A stretch of DNA of 64,000 bases, taken from Octopus sinensis. Lineage: Eukaryota. A program made the position numbers and the translations under genes. Location: positions 23,622,001-23,686,000 of the forward strand of contig NC_043020.1 in the NCBI RefSeq assembly GCF_006345805.1, in the 5' to 3' direction. Below the pieces are notes generated by a model. The model did no database searches. It saw only the letters and a program-made list of their open reading frames with translations, and had not been told where the DNA came from. This document shows, piece after piece, positions 1 to 11,366 of this stretch. Positions within the stretch are counted from its first letter, which is position 1. Every line of letters starts with the position of its first letter.

Positions 1-60
1 AACAATAATAACATCAAAACATACCTTAGGAATGAGAACCGAGGTTCGAAATTTCCCCAA

Positions 61-106
61 GACACCTGATGAAAGCTGGAGGGTATATCAGCCGAAACGT
101 TGTGTT
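61..106 (+). ncRNA. Minimal type I hammerhead ribozyme motif in a PLE-type repeat end
   Basis: GACAC (stem I) CTGATGA aa GCTG-loop-CAGC c GAAA CG TT GTGTT (stem I'); palindromic ACGT as stem III. Confidence 0.75.
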
Positions 107-339
107 AACGACAAACAAGATGAGGACAAACATCCGTCAAATGTAAACAATATAATAATGTAAATACTGCACATAATTCCTCATCCCTTAAATATAGAAC
201 TGTATGATTATATGTGTGTGTATGTGCGTGTATATGTGTGTGTTTGTGTTTCTATGCCACGCTACGCATTAACATAATATAGTAAATTGAAAGATAACCC
301 AATACTTTTCAATAGCGTAAAATTTTTTTAATTTTACAA

Positions 340-761
340 GGTGTAGGAGTGGTTGTGTGGTAAGTAGCTTGCTTACCAACTACATGGTTCTGGGTTCAGT
401 CCTACTGCGTGGCATCTTGGGCAAGTGTCTTCTGCTATAGCCTCGGGCCGACCAAAGCCTTGTGAGTGGATTTGGTAGATGGAAACTGAAAGAAGCCTGT
501 CGTATATATGTATATATATATATATATATATGTGCGTGTGTATGTGTGTATATGTTTGTGTGTCTGTTTGACCCCCCCCCCCCCAACATCGCTTGACAAC
601 CGATGCTGGTGTGTTTAGTTCCCCATAACTTAGCAGTTCGGCAAAAGAGACCGATAGAATAAGCACAAGGTTTACAAAGAATAAGTTCTGGGGTCGATTT
701 GCTCGACTAAAGACGGTGCTCAAGCATGGCCGCATTCAAATGACTGAAACAAGTAAAAGAG
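340..761 (+). mobile_element. tRNA-derived SINE, type A (cephalopod-like), full length
   Basis: Head GGTGTAGGAGTGGTTGTGTGGTAAG...GGTTCAGTCC, central CTTGGGCAAGTGTCTT, internal (TA)/(TG) tract, tail GAAACAAGTAAAAGAG; more than 15 copies in the window. Confidence 0.85.
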
Positions 762-1284
762 TCAGGAAAAATGTCAGTGCTAATTTTAGCTCAGTCGCCT
801 GATTGATTGATTGATTGATTGATTGATAGAAAGATAGACAGACAGACAGACAGTGACACATCGTATATAGTCAAGGAAAATCGTATTTTTAGCTTAGAAA
901 ATTGCAATTATATATTTGTCAAGTTTTTACAAGTGTTTATTCCACAATTCTTTATAAAATTCGCATAAAAAAACACGACATAGATTTCTTAAGTTCATTA
1001 TCGGATAAGCAGTGCAATTACTAACGTATAATTAGCTTAGCATGCATCTCAGCGTATTCTCTATTATATAAGCTAGACTGCATGCCTTTACATTTATCGT
1101 TTCATGGTTGGCAGGGGGTGCAAAATGTGTACTTACGAATGTGTGTGCGCGTGACATATGCTTTCAGGAATATTTCTCGCCTGAATTAAATGAGAATTCT
1201 TTTTAATGCCGAAAACTGACGTTACCAATCAATCATTCGAGAAATGTTGGCGCAGAAGGCTACTGAAAAAGAAAAATCTGCGCG

Positions 1285-1299
1285 GTGATGATGATGATA

Positions 1300-1333
<34 letters not shown>

Positions 1334-1782
1334 CGCTGATGATGATGATGATGATGATGATGATGACGACGATGATGATGATGATGATGACGATGATGAT
1401 GATGATGATGATGATGATGACAACGATGATGATGATGATGAAGAGGAAGAGTACGAGGAGGTGGTAGAGGAGGAGCAGGTGGGGAAGGAGGAGGACAGGA
1501 GGAGGAGGAGAAGGAGGAGGAAGATGACGTTGATGAGAATGCTGGTGACGACGATGACGACGACGATGATGAGGATGGTGATGATGAAGACGTTGCTGAT
1601 AAAAGCGACCACCAAAACGACGATGGTGATGATGATGATAGTGATGATGATGCTGATGATAGTGATGATGGTGATGATGAATGATGATGATGATGGTGGT
1701 GATGATGATGATGATGATGATGAGGATGATGATAATGATGATGATGATGACGAGGACTGTGTTGATGGTGATGATGATGAAG
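1285..1782. repeat. (GAT)n/(GAG)n trinucleotide array
   Basis: Direct inspection; produces the poly-D/M/S/I ORFs. Confidence 0.9.
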
Positions 1783-2379
1783 GAGTCATAGTATATATAT
1801 ATATTGTATAAACGTATAATTATGGCGGACAGCAATGATTCGGAGAATCTGCACGGTATTTTTTACACACGGATAATTTATAGCGGTGTATTCAGTGCTG
1901 AAACTAATGAACGACTTGATTTTTGCAGGAAATTTAATGATAATTATTTTTATTTATTTATTTATTTAGTGTATGAAATGCTTCAGTATTTGTTCTTCCA
2001 TTAATTCCAATTTAAAAACCACAGTAAACATCTACTGTGTTTGTTTTTTGTTTTTTTGTTTTTTGTATGAAAAAATTAAAACCTGCGGATTTATATTCGT
2101 AACTTTTATAATTTTTATCTTATCACACGTGTCCTTTAAAGTACAGTTAGCACCTAATTAGAGATAAAAGTTCAGCCTGGATATACAATACTACCACGAG
2201 AGTAACATCGGTAAAGGTTATTAGGATAAAGTGTAATGGATACGAGTATAAATACCAAAACTAGATATCCATGAGAGTTTACAAGATCGTATTTATTTAG
2301 AAGTAGATGCGCTTTGATGCGTGTACATAGATCCTGTATGATTCATAAGGCGGGAACTTAAGCTAGTTTCCATAGCTGG

Positions 2380-3660
2380 TTTCAAATTCTGGTACAAGGC
2401 CGGAAAATTCCGGAGAGGGTGTAAGTCATTTTCACCGACCCCAGTGTATAAATGGTACTCATTTTATCGACCCCGGACGGATGAAATGTAAAGTCGATTT
2501 GGGTGGAATTTGAACTCAGAACGTAAAGACGGATGAAATGCCTATTTCTATGTCTTTACTACCCACAAGGGTATACACACAGAGAGGACAAACAAGGACA
2601 GACAGACGGATTAAGTCGATTATATCGACCCCAGTGCGTAACTGGTACTTATTTAATCGACCCCGAAAGGATGAAAGGCAAAGTCGACCTCGACGGAATT
2701 TGAACTCAGAACGTAACGGCAGACGAAATACCGCTAAGCATTTCGCCCGGCGTGCTAACGGTTCTGCCAGCTCGCTGCCATTTATATATAATAAGCATTT
2801 TACCCGGCGTGCTAACGAAACGATACTACCAGCTTGCCACCTTAATAATTATTTAAAATTTTTGCCACAAGGGCAGTTTGACGGAGAGGTTTAAGTCGAT
2901 TACATTGACCCCAGTGCGTACTTATTTAATCGACGCCGAACGGATGAAATATAAAGTAGATATTGGCAGAATTTGAACTCAGAACGTAAAGACGAGCGAA
3001 ATACAACTAAGTGTTCCGACCAGCGTGCTAACGATACTGCCAACTCGCCGCCTTGAATATATAATAAACATTTGACCTGACGTGCTAACGATTCTGCCAG
3101 CTTGGCCCTTAATAATAATAATCATTTCTACTGTAGGCACAAGGCCCGGATTTTAGTAAGGAGGGGAACAATCTGTCACATCCACCCCAGTACTTGCCTG
3201 GTACTTAATTTATCGACTCCGAAAGGATGAATGGCAAAGTCGACCTCGGCGGAATTTGAATTCAGAAAGTAATAATGATAATAATTATAATAGTTTCACA
3301 TTTTTGTACAAGCGCGGGAGTGGCTGTGTGGTAAGTAGCTTGTTTACCAACCACATGGTTCCGGGTTCAGTCCCACTGCGTGGTACCTTGGGCAAGTGTC
3401 TTCTACTATAGCCTCGGGCCGACCAAAGCCTTGTGAGTGGATTTGGTTGACAGAAACTGAAAAGAAGCCCGCAATTACAGCGGTGGTGCCCCAGGATGGC
3501 CGCGGCCTTCGGGCTAAAACATTTTTAAGGATTTAAGGATTTAAGGGTCAAGAATCTTGGAGGAGGGAGCGAGTCGATTTCGGAAGAATGAAAATCGAAG
3601 TCGATTTCTGTGGAATTTGAACGTAAAGACGGACGAAATACTGCCGGGCATTTCGCAACT
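2380..3660 (-). mobile_element. Cluster of about 6-7 type B SINE copies or fragments (head GGCGGCGAGCTGGCAG), plus one type A head at ~3313-3470 (+)
   Basis: Repeated GGAATTTGAACTCAGAACG (B-box, reverse strand) and ATCGACCCC...GGATGAAAGG motifs; match copies at 43645 and 63830. Confidence 0.75.
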
Positions 3661-4213
3661 CCTTATCTTACATGGACGATGAAAGAAAAACTAAAAAAAT
3701 GGTGCAGATATAATCCACAACAGGAACTCTTTAAATGTCGTGCCCCTGCAAGGCCGCAGTCCAATGAATGAAGCCAGCAAGAGAAAAAACGGTGTACAAA
3801 TAGGAAATAAAGAGAGGTTTTGTTTACATTCCTTCTCCTCTTTTGTATACGTAATTGTGTAGGACGGAAATTACTTTGGTAAATAGAAAACTCAAGATTT
3901 CGCAAGAGTGAAAGGAGAATGTACACGAAATTCTATACAAACAACTGCTCTGCCTTCTTTTCCCCTTTATTGTAAACAACAAGACGATTCTTTAAACATT
4001 GTGATGTGATATTTATTACATTTAGAGGAGGATAAAATGTGTGGGGGACAGGGGGAGAGAGAGGGAGAGACTGACAGAGGGAGCGAGGAACGGAGAAGAA
4101 CGCGGAAGAGAACTAAATCAATGCCATAAACGAGATGCTCTACAGAAATGGTACATTGATACTACTATTACTAGTGCTGCTGCATCTACACTGTAGTTAC
4201 TACTACTACTACA

Positions 4214-4259
<46 letters not shown>

Positions 4260-4275
4260 TAATAATAATAGAATT

Positions 4276-4830
4276 GCCCTGATGCAGTACCAGGCAGTGG
4301 CTCTCATGGCTTCTGATCTTAACTGATTGGAAGTGTTATCATGTACATTGTTTTGTCTTGGTATAAAAGATGGGCTACAGCAAATATTCTGCTCAATACC
4401 ACAGATTTGCTTGTCAGTTGTTTGACCTTAACCAGTTGAGCATGTCTCTTAGTGGCTGACAATATGTGCATCTCTGATCACGAACAGAAGTAGTGGGGGA
4501 GCATCATAGCCATGTGTTGAGAGGGATTCTTTGGGGTTTGAATAATTCACTCTTGGAAACATGGGTGGTTCTTTCAACATCCTTAAACAACCCTTATTCA
4601 GGGACCTTTTGAGCGGGATGGGTTACTCAACCTGAAGAAAATTCTAACTGGGCTCCACCTGCAAGGTCATGTGCTGTTTATCTTGATATGAGATCACCAT
4701 GTCGCGCACATATGGTTGTGATGCATGTGCCTGGTGTACCCTTATCAGAGGGGTAGTCATGATGGGTATATTGGGCTTCGTATATTTTACCCCAGTGTCA
4801 CTTTGATGGCATGCTCTGCTCGCTCACTCA
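4276..4830 (+). mobile_element. Interspersed repeat with (AAT)n tail, probably a LINE (RTE-like) 3' UTR
   Basis: Second copy at 5575-5901; ends in (AAT)n; the second copy follows an RTE-like ORF end. Confidence 0.5.
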
Positions 4831-4841
4831 ATAATAATAAT

Positions 4842-4902
<61 letters not shown>

Positions 4903-4937
4903 GTAATAATAATAATAATTATAATAATAATAGTAAT

Positions 4938-4971
<34 letters not shown>

Positions 4972-5142
4972 GTAATAATAATAATGATACTAATAATAAT
5001 TATAATAATAATTAATAATAATAATATAATAATAATAATAATATTAATAATAATAATAATAATAATATAATAATAATAAATAATAGTAATAATAATAATA
5101 ATAATAATATTAATAATAATAATAATATTAATAATAATAATA

Positions 5143-5188
<46 letters not shown>

Positions 5189-5234
5189 TAATAATAATAA
5201 TAATATTAATAGTAATAATAATATTAATAATATA

Positions 5235-5275
<41 letters not shown>

Positions 5276-5357
5276 TAATAATAATAATAGTAATATAATA
5301 ATAATAATAGTATAATAGTAATAATAATAATAATAATATAATAATAATAATAATAAT

Positions 5358-5423
<66 letters not shown>

Positions 5424-5433
5424 AATAATAATA
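4830..5433. repeat. ~600-bp (AAT)n microsatellite
   Basis: Direct inspection. Confidence 0.95.
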
Positions 5434-5469
5434 AAGAAGAAGAAAGAAAAGTTAAGAGATACGACAGGT

Positions 5470-5901
5470 TAGCTTGGATACTCTGGAATACTCTGGAAGG
5501 TACTCGAAAAATAAAGGTGTTATCTTAGTACATCTCAGCGTTAGAAGCTGTGCAACGGCAATAATAATAAATGCCATGATGCAGTACCAGGCAGTGGCTC
5601 TCGTGGCTTCCGATCTCAACTGATTGGAAGTGTTATCATGTACATTGTTTTGTCTTGGTGTAAAAGATGGGCTACAGCAAATATTCTGCTCAATACCACA
5701 GATTTGCTTGTCAGTTGTTTGACCTTAACCAGTTGAGTATGTCCCTTAGTGACTGATGATATGTGCATCTCTGATCGCGAGCAGAAGTACTGAGGGAGGA
5801 TCATAGACGTTTGTTGAAAAGAATTCTTGGAGAATTGGATAATTCACTTTTAGAAACATGAGAGGTTCATTCAACATCCTTAAACAATCCTTATTCAGGA
5901 C
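5470..5901 (+). mobile_element. RTE-like LINE 3' end relic plus partial copy of the 4276 repeat
   Basis: 5488-5514 reads ILWKVLEK* (resembles RTE ORF C-termini), then short UTR, (AAT)3 and the shared repeat. Confidence 0.4.
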
Positions 5902-6200
5902 CGACCAAAGCCTTGTGAGTGGATTTGGTAGACGGAAACTGAAAGAAGCCCGTCATAGATATGTATATATCTGTATATGTATGTGTGTGTATATGTTTGT
6001 GTGTCTGTGTTTCTCCCCTCAGCATCGCTTGACAACCGATGCTGGTGTGTTTACGTCCCCGTAATTTAGCGGTTCGGCAAAAGAGACCGATAGAATAAGT
6101 ACTAGGCTTACAAAAAATACGTCCTGGGGTCTATTTGATCGACGAAAGGCGGTGCTCCAGCATGGCCGCAGTCAAATGACTGAAACAAGTAAAGAGTATA
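5902..6200 (+). mobile_element. Type A SINE, 3' part
   Basis: Matches the 340-761 copy from CCGACCAAAGCC onward. Confidence 0.8.
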
Positions 6201-8053
6201 AGAGCAATCTAATAACTTTCAAAACTTCCGTAGAACTTAGATCCAAGACATTTTGGTTTCATTTTAACACTGAAGGGACCAATACTTTTTCTTAATCCAT
6301 AGAAACACTGGTTTTGCATGAATTACAATATTAATCTTATTATCAGAGATATAGAAATAATCCTTTTCCTAAATCTATCAACCTACAGATTATTCGAATT
6401 TCTAAGATTCATAAGATGTAGGCGACAAAATCTTATTTTCTTAATCTTTGCAGGAAAAATGTGTACAGTAAGCAATCCAGCAATTTTCTAAATGTCGACA
6501 ACATTTTCTTTCACTCACATTAACACTGGAGGAATGGATTCCACTTTTCTTCATTCAACGAAAGCTAATATAGCCCTCCTCGCATATATTTCAAAATTAA
6601 ACGCTGTATTCGATATTTGGAAAACGTTTTGCATTTTGTAGAAGAGCGTATTGCGGCCGACACAGTAGGAAGACTATTAGAGAATTCTGTTGTTATATGA
6701 CTGATGTAACACCAGTGAAACCCCTGTGATTAAGGAACACAAAATTAATAATCTATATAAACAGAGGAATTTCAACCCTGTTTCGTGGCCTGCTACCACA
6801 ACAGTTCCTTTATAGGATCCAGTTAGCTCAAGACAGCATCAGGAGGAACCACGTCCGGTTTCGGCCCCTACTCCTCTACTGTTTTGACGTGGCGGTCCCT
6901 CCCCCTCCCCCTTTCGGAGGTGTGTTCAGCTCTGGTGTTGGGTTCATGTCTTCTTTCTTCTGTTCCATGACCTCTTCGATGTAGCGTCAACGAGGGTCAG
7001 CGGGCGACTGACTGCCTTGTCAATTTTTCCCTTTAAATACCTGCTGCGACTCCAGCAGGCAGCCCCAGCAAGTTATCACGTGACACTGTCTCAACTTTAA
7101 CTGACCAATGAAGACGCGTAGTCTTAGCTTCAGTCTTTATTATTGTTTCTTACTGATAGTATTGAATTAAGATTGTGACTGGGTTGGTCTCATTCTATAG
7201 AGCGGTTGTATAGAGGTTTCCATGTTTCGGTTTGGAATAAAGATGTTTGAAAACAAATTGTAGATTCAGCAACGGTGTTTTGAAAACAATGCGAAACGAT
7301 TGTTGGAAATAATGAAACACTACAAGTGGAACATAGGTTGATGTCGGTGTTCTTAACATCGAAATTATTATTGTCTATACTCCCCATGTCTGCCTTTGCT
7401 GTCGAATCCATATACGCCCAAAGTTAATTCAAGCATCATATTCATTGCTTTTTGTTTATTGCATAGTGTTACTTGAGCTGCCTTATAAAACATGGGTATT
7501 TTTAAAGCAGTAGGGAATTACCGGGGGCGGTAATTTAGGACCACCAGTATTTCAAAAATGGGCGATATTCTATATAGTCGCTCCACCTGCTTGCGAAAGC
7601 ATCCAAATCCCTTAATGACTGTGTCTTGGATCGACTGACTTCATTTAAACCATAAGACTTTGAAACCGAGATCATCATCACCATTCAAATTGTAGAATCA
7701 TTCATGTCTGACTTGCCATATAGACAAACAGATACCTGCCTTACACCAACATATCATCCCTCAAACCACGTTTCATTATCCCTTCTCAGCCATATCTGAT
7801 TGCTGGTTCTCTCAATAGTTGACTTTTTTCCACGTATCTTGTCTCTCTATGGTTCACACTAGAAAATAAGAGCAACCGTCTAAATCTGGTTCCCATAAAC
7901 CTCTACATCCAACGTCTACAGAAAAGATTACTGCACTCCAGCCAGCACTTTTACAGTAGCAACTCATAACGCTCGTCTCTCCTAACCTGAGCAGCATCAA
8001 TATTGTCCTCATTCGGAACACTTAATTCAACAAAATGCACTAGAGCAGTTTAA

Positions 8054-8710
8054 CTATCTATTTGGATAATCCAGTGTGAGATATAAAACATTTTCAAGTT
8101 TCTAAACAGATAAAATATAGAGTTGGCTGATAACAATATCGATTTCGAAACCAAAATAACTAATTTAAATTAACAGAAAAATCGATGTTGTTAAAGGTGG
8201 TGTCAATTAAAGAAAGGGGCAGAAAATCACCAATTAACGTTAAAACATTACGACCGGTTCTAAGGTTTTCCACAGTTAGGAGGGCGAGTGCTAAAGGTTG
8301 GACAGCAATGCTAATAATTTCAATGAGAAAGGGAAATGGAATTAGAAATTAATGTGTTCGAGGTGAAAGTAGAGAAGCTAAGGATGGGTTTATATTGTTT
8401 TGATAGGAAGATGACATTAATCTTAATCACAAGAGGAAGGAAAGAAAGACAGGGAGAATAACATTGCTAAATGACTCGCAGTTCTAAATCCACAAGGATT
8501 TAGCCCCGAAGGATTTAAAGTAATAATTATTAGAAATAATGAGGAATCTTCCTATATTATTACTAAAACATCGGTAATTTATGTATTAATAAATCGCTTA
8601 GTAATTATTGAAGAAACGTTAATAAATGATGAGAAACTTCAAAGTGATGTAGTGATAAAGAAAAGGGATTAGAGTGTTAAGATTGAGATAAGAGAGTGAT
8701 GATAAAAGGT
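8054..8710 (-). pseudogene. ATP6: NUMT: degenerate mitochondrial ATP synthase subunit 6
   Basis: Invertebrate-mito translation of segments gives FSTASHLAMLFSLSF, IPFPFLIEIISIAVQPLALALL..NLSTG..LTLIG and YFGFEIDIVISQLYI, matching ATP6 motifs; frameshifted. Confidence 0.75.
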
Positions 8711-8714
8711 TGTT

Positions 8715-8793
8715 AAGTTAAAATTCTCAAGAGACATTAGAAAACAAATGGAGAAAATAATATAATTCAACTTAAAAGTGATAATCAAAGCAT
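8715..8793 (-). pseudogene. ATP8: NUMT: 5' half of ATP8
   Basis: ATG at 8793, reads MLWLSLLSWIMLF (cf. MPQLSPLNW..LF); expected position between trnD and atp6. Confidence 0.5.
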
Positions 8794-8795
8794 AT

Positions 8796-8856
8796 AAAAA
8801 TACTATAGTAATAGTAATTAAAATTTGATATATTCATGTTTATTTACTAAATTTAT
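8796..8856 (-). pseudogene. trnD: NUMT: degenerate mitochondrial tRNA-Asp
   Basis: ~60-nt AT-rich tRNA-like segment between the cox2 stop and atp8; anticodon degenerate. Confidence 0.4.
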
Positions 8857-8867
8857 ATATCTGTTAT

Positions 8868-9700
8868 TTAGTTATTTTTCAATAGGCAGTTATTACATGA
8901 ATTTCAGTTTCAAGTGTAATAGATATGAATGAATGGTTAGCTCCACAAATTTCAGAATATTGACCATAAAACATGTCTCAGCAGTTAGAGTACAGATATG
9001 TTCGATCCTTCCCGAGCCACGCCTAGCTCATAAGAGCCGGTTTCCCGGTTTCCTTGGACGGGACGCTGGTCCGTCGCATGTGAGCTGCAAGATGCAGGAG
9101 GAAAGAGTGAGAGAAAATTGTTGCAAAAGAGTCGGCAGAAGTTCGCCATTACCTTCTGCCGGAGTCGCGTGGAGCTTAGGTGATTTCGCTCATAAACACA
9201 CACATCGCCCGGTCTGAGATTCAAAGCCGCGATCCCTCGACCGCAAGTCCGCTGTACTAGCCACTAGGCCATGTGCCTCCACAGAGTATAAATATAATTG
9301 ATTCCAACTTGGCAGTACGTTTAATTTTATTCTTCGAGAGGAAACGGTTCAAGAACAGATTACGTCTGCAAATGAAATAATCATTCGATTGTTTGCTTTT
9401 ATTTGAATAATTAAGTGAGGGTCTGTTTTTAGTGGGCGGAAAAAATAATCCTTCATTTAGAGGGATTACATAGGAATACCTTCTATATCATTGATGGCCT
9501 TATCGCTTAATTGTAAGTAAATGGTAAATAGATTCAACAAAGTATGGTTTAAGGGAAATTAATGCAAAAATGGGACCCTCATTCTAAGAATAAGGTTCAA
9601 AATGTCCCCGTTTTTTGGCTTTCAGTAATTATAAGTGAATTATAATTAATCTTAAGAAATCTAGGAGTAAAAATCAAAATAATTTAGAGATAAAACGAGC
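8868..9700 (-). pseudogene. COX2: NUMT: degenerate cytochrome c oxidase subunit II, interrupted by a SINE at 9000-9282
   Basis: FYGQYSEICGANHSFM (8910-8975), RMIISFADVICSWTVSS (~9330-9390) and GHQWY-like (~9500-9520) motifs. Confidence 0.85.
9000..9282 (-). mobile_element. Type C SINE (tRNA-like head GTGGAGGCACATGGCC...) inserted in the NUMT
   Basis: tRNA-like head at the right end; imperfect 13-bp TSD AGAGTACAGATAT (8987-8999) / AGAGTATAAATAT (9283-9295). Confidence 0.8.
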
Positions 9701-9708
9701 AACATTAA

Positions 9709-9748
<40 letters not shown>

Positions 9749-9764
9749 TACTACTACTAAAGCC

Positions 9765-10015
9765 GGCGAACTGGCATCATTTCGGGGTCGATAAAATAAA
9801 ATGCCAGCCGAGTACTTGTGTGATCCTTTCGGGGTCGATAAATTATGTACCAGTTACGCACTGGGGTCGATGTAATCGACTTAGTCCGATTGTCTGTCCT
9901 TGTTTGTCCCCTCTGTGTTTAGCCCCTTGTGGGCAATAAAGAAATAGGTACTTCGTCTCTCTTCGTGTTCTGAGTTCAAATTCCTCCGAAAACGATTTTG
10001 ACCTTCATCCTTCCG
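9765..10015. mobile_element. Type B SINE fragments in both orientations
   Basis: GCCGGCGAACTGGCA, TTTCGGGGTCGATAA and TTCTGAGTTCAAATTC motifs. Confidence 0.6.
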
Positions 10016-10219
10016 GAGAAGTTACGTTGCGAACTTTAACGAAAGCAACATAACTTTAACGAGCTGTGGGTATTTAACACGCGATGAGATCCATCTGCAC
10101 CGCCGGATGCTCCTGAACCAGTTGTCGAGTGTCCTACTCGTGAGGGATTGATAGGAAATGTGTCGAAACAATTGACGGGATTAATAATAAATTCTCGAAT
10201 ATTCCATCTTCAGTCTTTC

Positions 10220-10270
<51 letters not shown>

Positions 10271-10735
10271 ATATGTATACATACACACACACACATATGT
10301 GTATGTGTGTGTTTTCGTGTACGTGTGTCTGTATACAAACACACGCACACAGAAACACACACGCTACAATTTGCCTCAGGAAATCAAAAAGTGGAGGAAC
10401 TCACATAATATAAATACACAACAAACGTATCAATAAACCGATAATAGGATTATAATTAATTATTCATCCGCACAAAGAGAAGCTTCGCCCGTTAATCTTA
10501 TCATAAATTAAATTTCTATCACAAAACAAGGCTCACGAATGCAATCCAAGGCGCAACATCATTAATAAAGCCACCTCACACCCCACAATAATCCTCCTGC
10601 TAATCCTGCTAATATAATCCCTATGGGCCTAATAAAAATAAAAGCAGTTAATCCCTTATCACTTAGCCATAAACAAATAACTGAAGACAACAATAATTGT
10701 TGCAAACAAATAGCCATCATATTAAAAACTTAAAT

Positions 10736-11003
10736 TACAGAGATGTACTTGCATAGCAAGTGACCTGATCTGAGATTGTGTGCTGGAACGAAAACAATTG
10801 CAGCGTGGAAGGTGTTTATAAGCCATTTAAGAAACACACAAAAGCCGTTAGATTCACTTCAACATTTAAATTTAATTTGTCGAAATATTTTCGTCGCTTT
10901 GAGACTGCGACTTGTTCACTGACAAAACTTAAATTCAAATGTTGAAGTGAATCTAACGTTTTTTGTGTGTTTCTTAAATGGCTTATAAACACCTTCTCCC
11001 TGC
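10736..11003 (-). mobile_element. Fold-back mini-element with G3-C8 variant HHR motif (10877-10925, minus)
   Basis: Inverted arms ~10800-10881 / 10921-11003; minus strand reads TTGTCA GTGAACA A GTCGC-loop-GCGAC GAAA ATAT TT CGACAA; right end abuts (TA)n. Confidence 0.65.
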
Positions 11004-11004
11004 A

Positions 11005-11042
<38 letters not shown>

Positions 11043-11043
<1 letters not shown>

Positions 11044-11366
11044 CGGAGATGTACTTGCATAGCGAGTGACTTGATCAGAGATCCTGTGCTGGAACGAAAA
11101 CAATTGCAGCGTGGAAGGTGTTTATAAGCCATTTAAGAAACACACAAAATCCTTTAGATTCACTTCAACACTTAAATTTAATTTGCCGAAATATTTTCGT
11201 CGCTTTGAGACTGCGACCTGTTCACTGATAGAATTCCGTGCTAGTGAACAGTTCGCGGTCTCAAAGCGACGGAAATATTTTGACGAATTGAATTTAAATT
11301 TTGAAGTGAATCTAAAGGATTTTGTGTGTTTCTTAAATGGCTTATAAACACCTTCCACGCTGCAAG
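11043..11366 (-). mobile_element. Second fold-back copy of the same family, with ~125-bp arms and an HHR motif on each arm
   Basis: Near-perfect inverted repeat 11103-11226 / 11243-11365; GTGAACA core at 11219-11225 (-) and 11244-11250 (+). Confidence 0.65.

Noticed and set aside
373-735. Recurrent 60-120-aa ORFs resembling each other across the window
   Set aside because: Translations of SINE copies, not a gene family
1206-1835. 201-aa, 186-aa and 191-aa ORFs
   Set aside because: Translations of a (GAT)n/(GAG)n array, open in several frames, with no domain signal
6688-7192. LTR-like segment (TGTT start, TATA/CCAAT-like motifs, several GAAAC hairpins)
   Set aside because: No convincing TG...CA pair with a TSD, and no HHR with a matching stem I
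7880-8040. FTVATHNAR, resembling an APE endonuclease N-terminus
   Set aside because: A single short motif with no supporting frame
10678-10715. CTGAAGA CAACAAT/ATTGTTG CAAA hammerhead-like motif (duplicate at 18238)
   Set aside because: G12 replaced by C and no stem I partner; at most a relic
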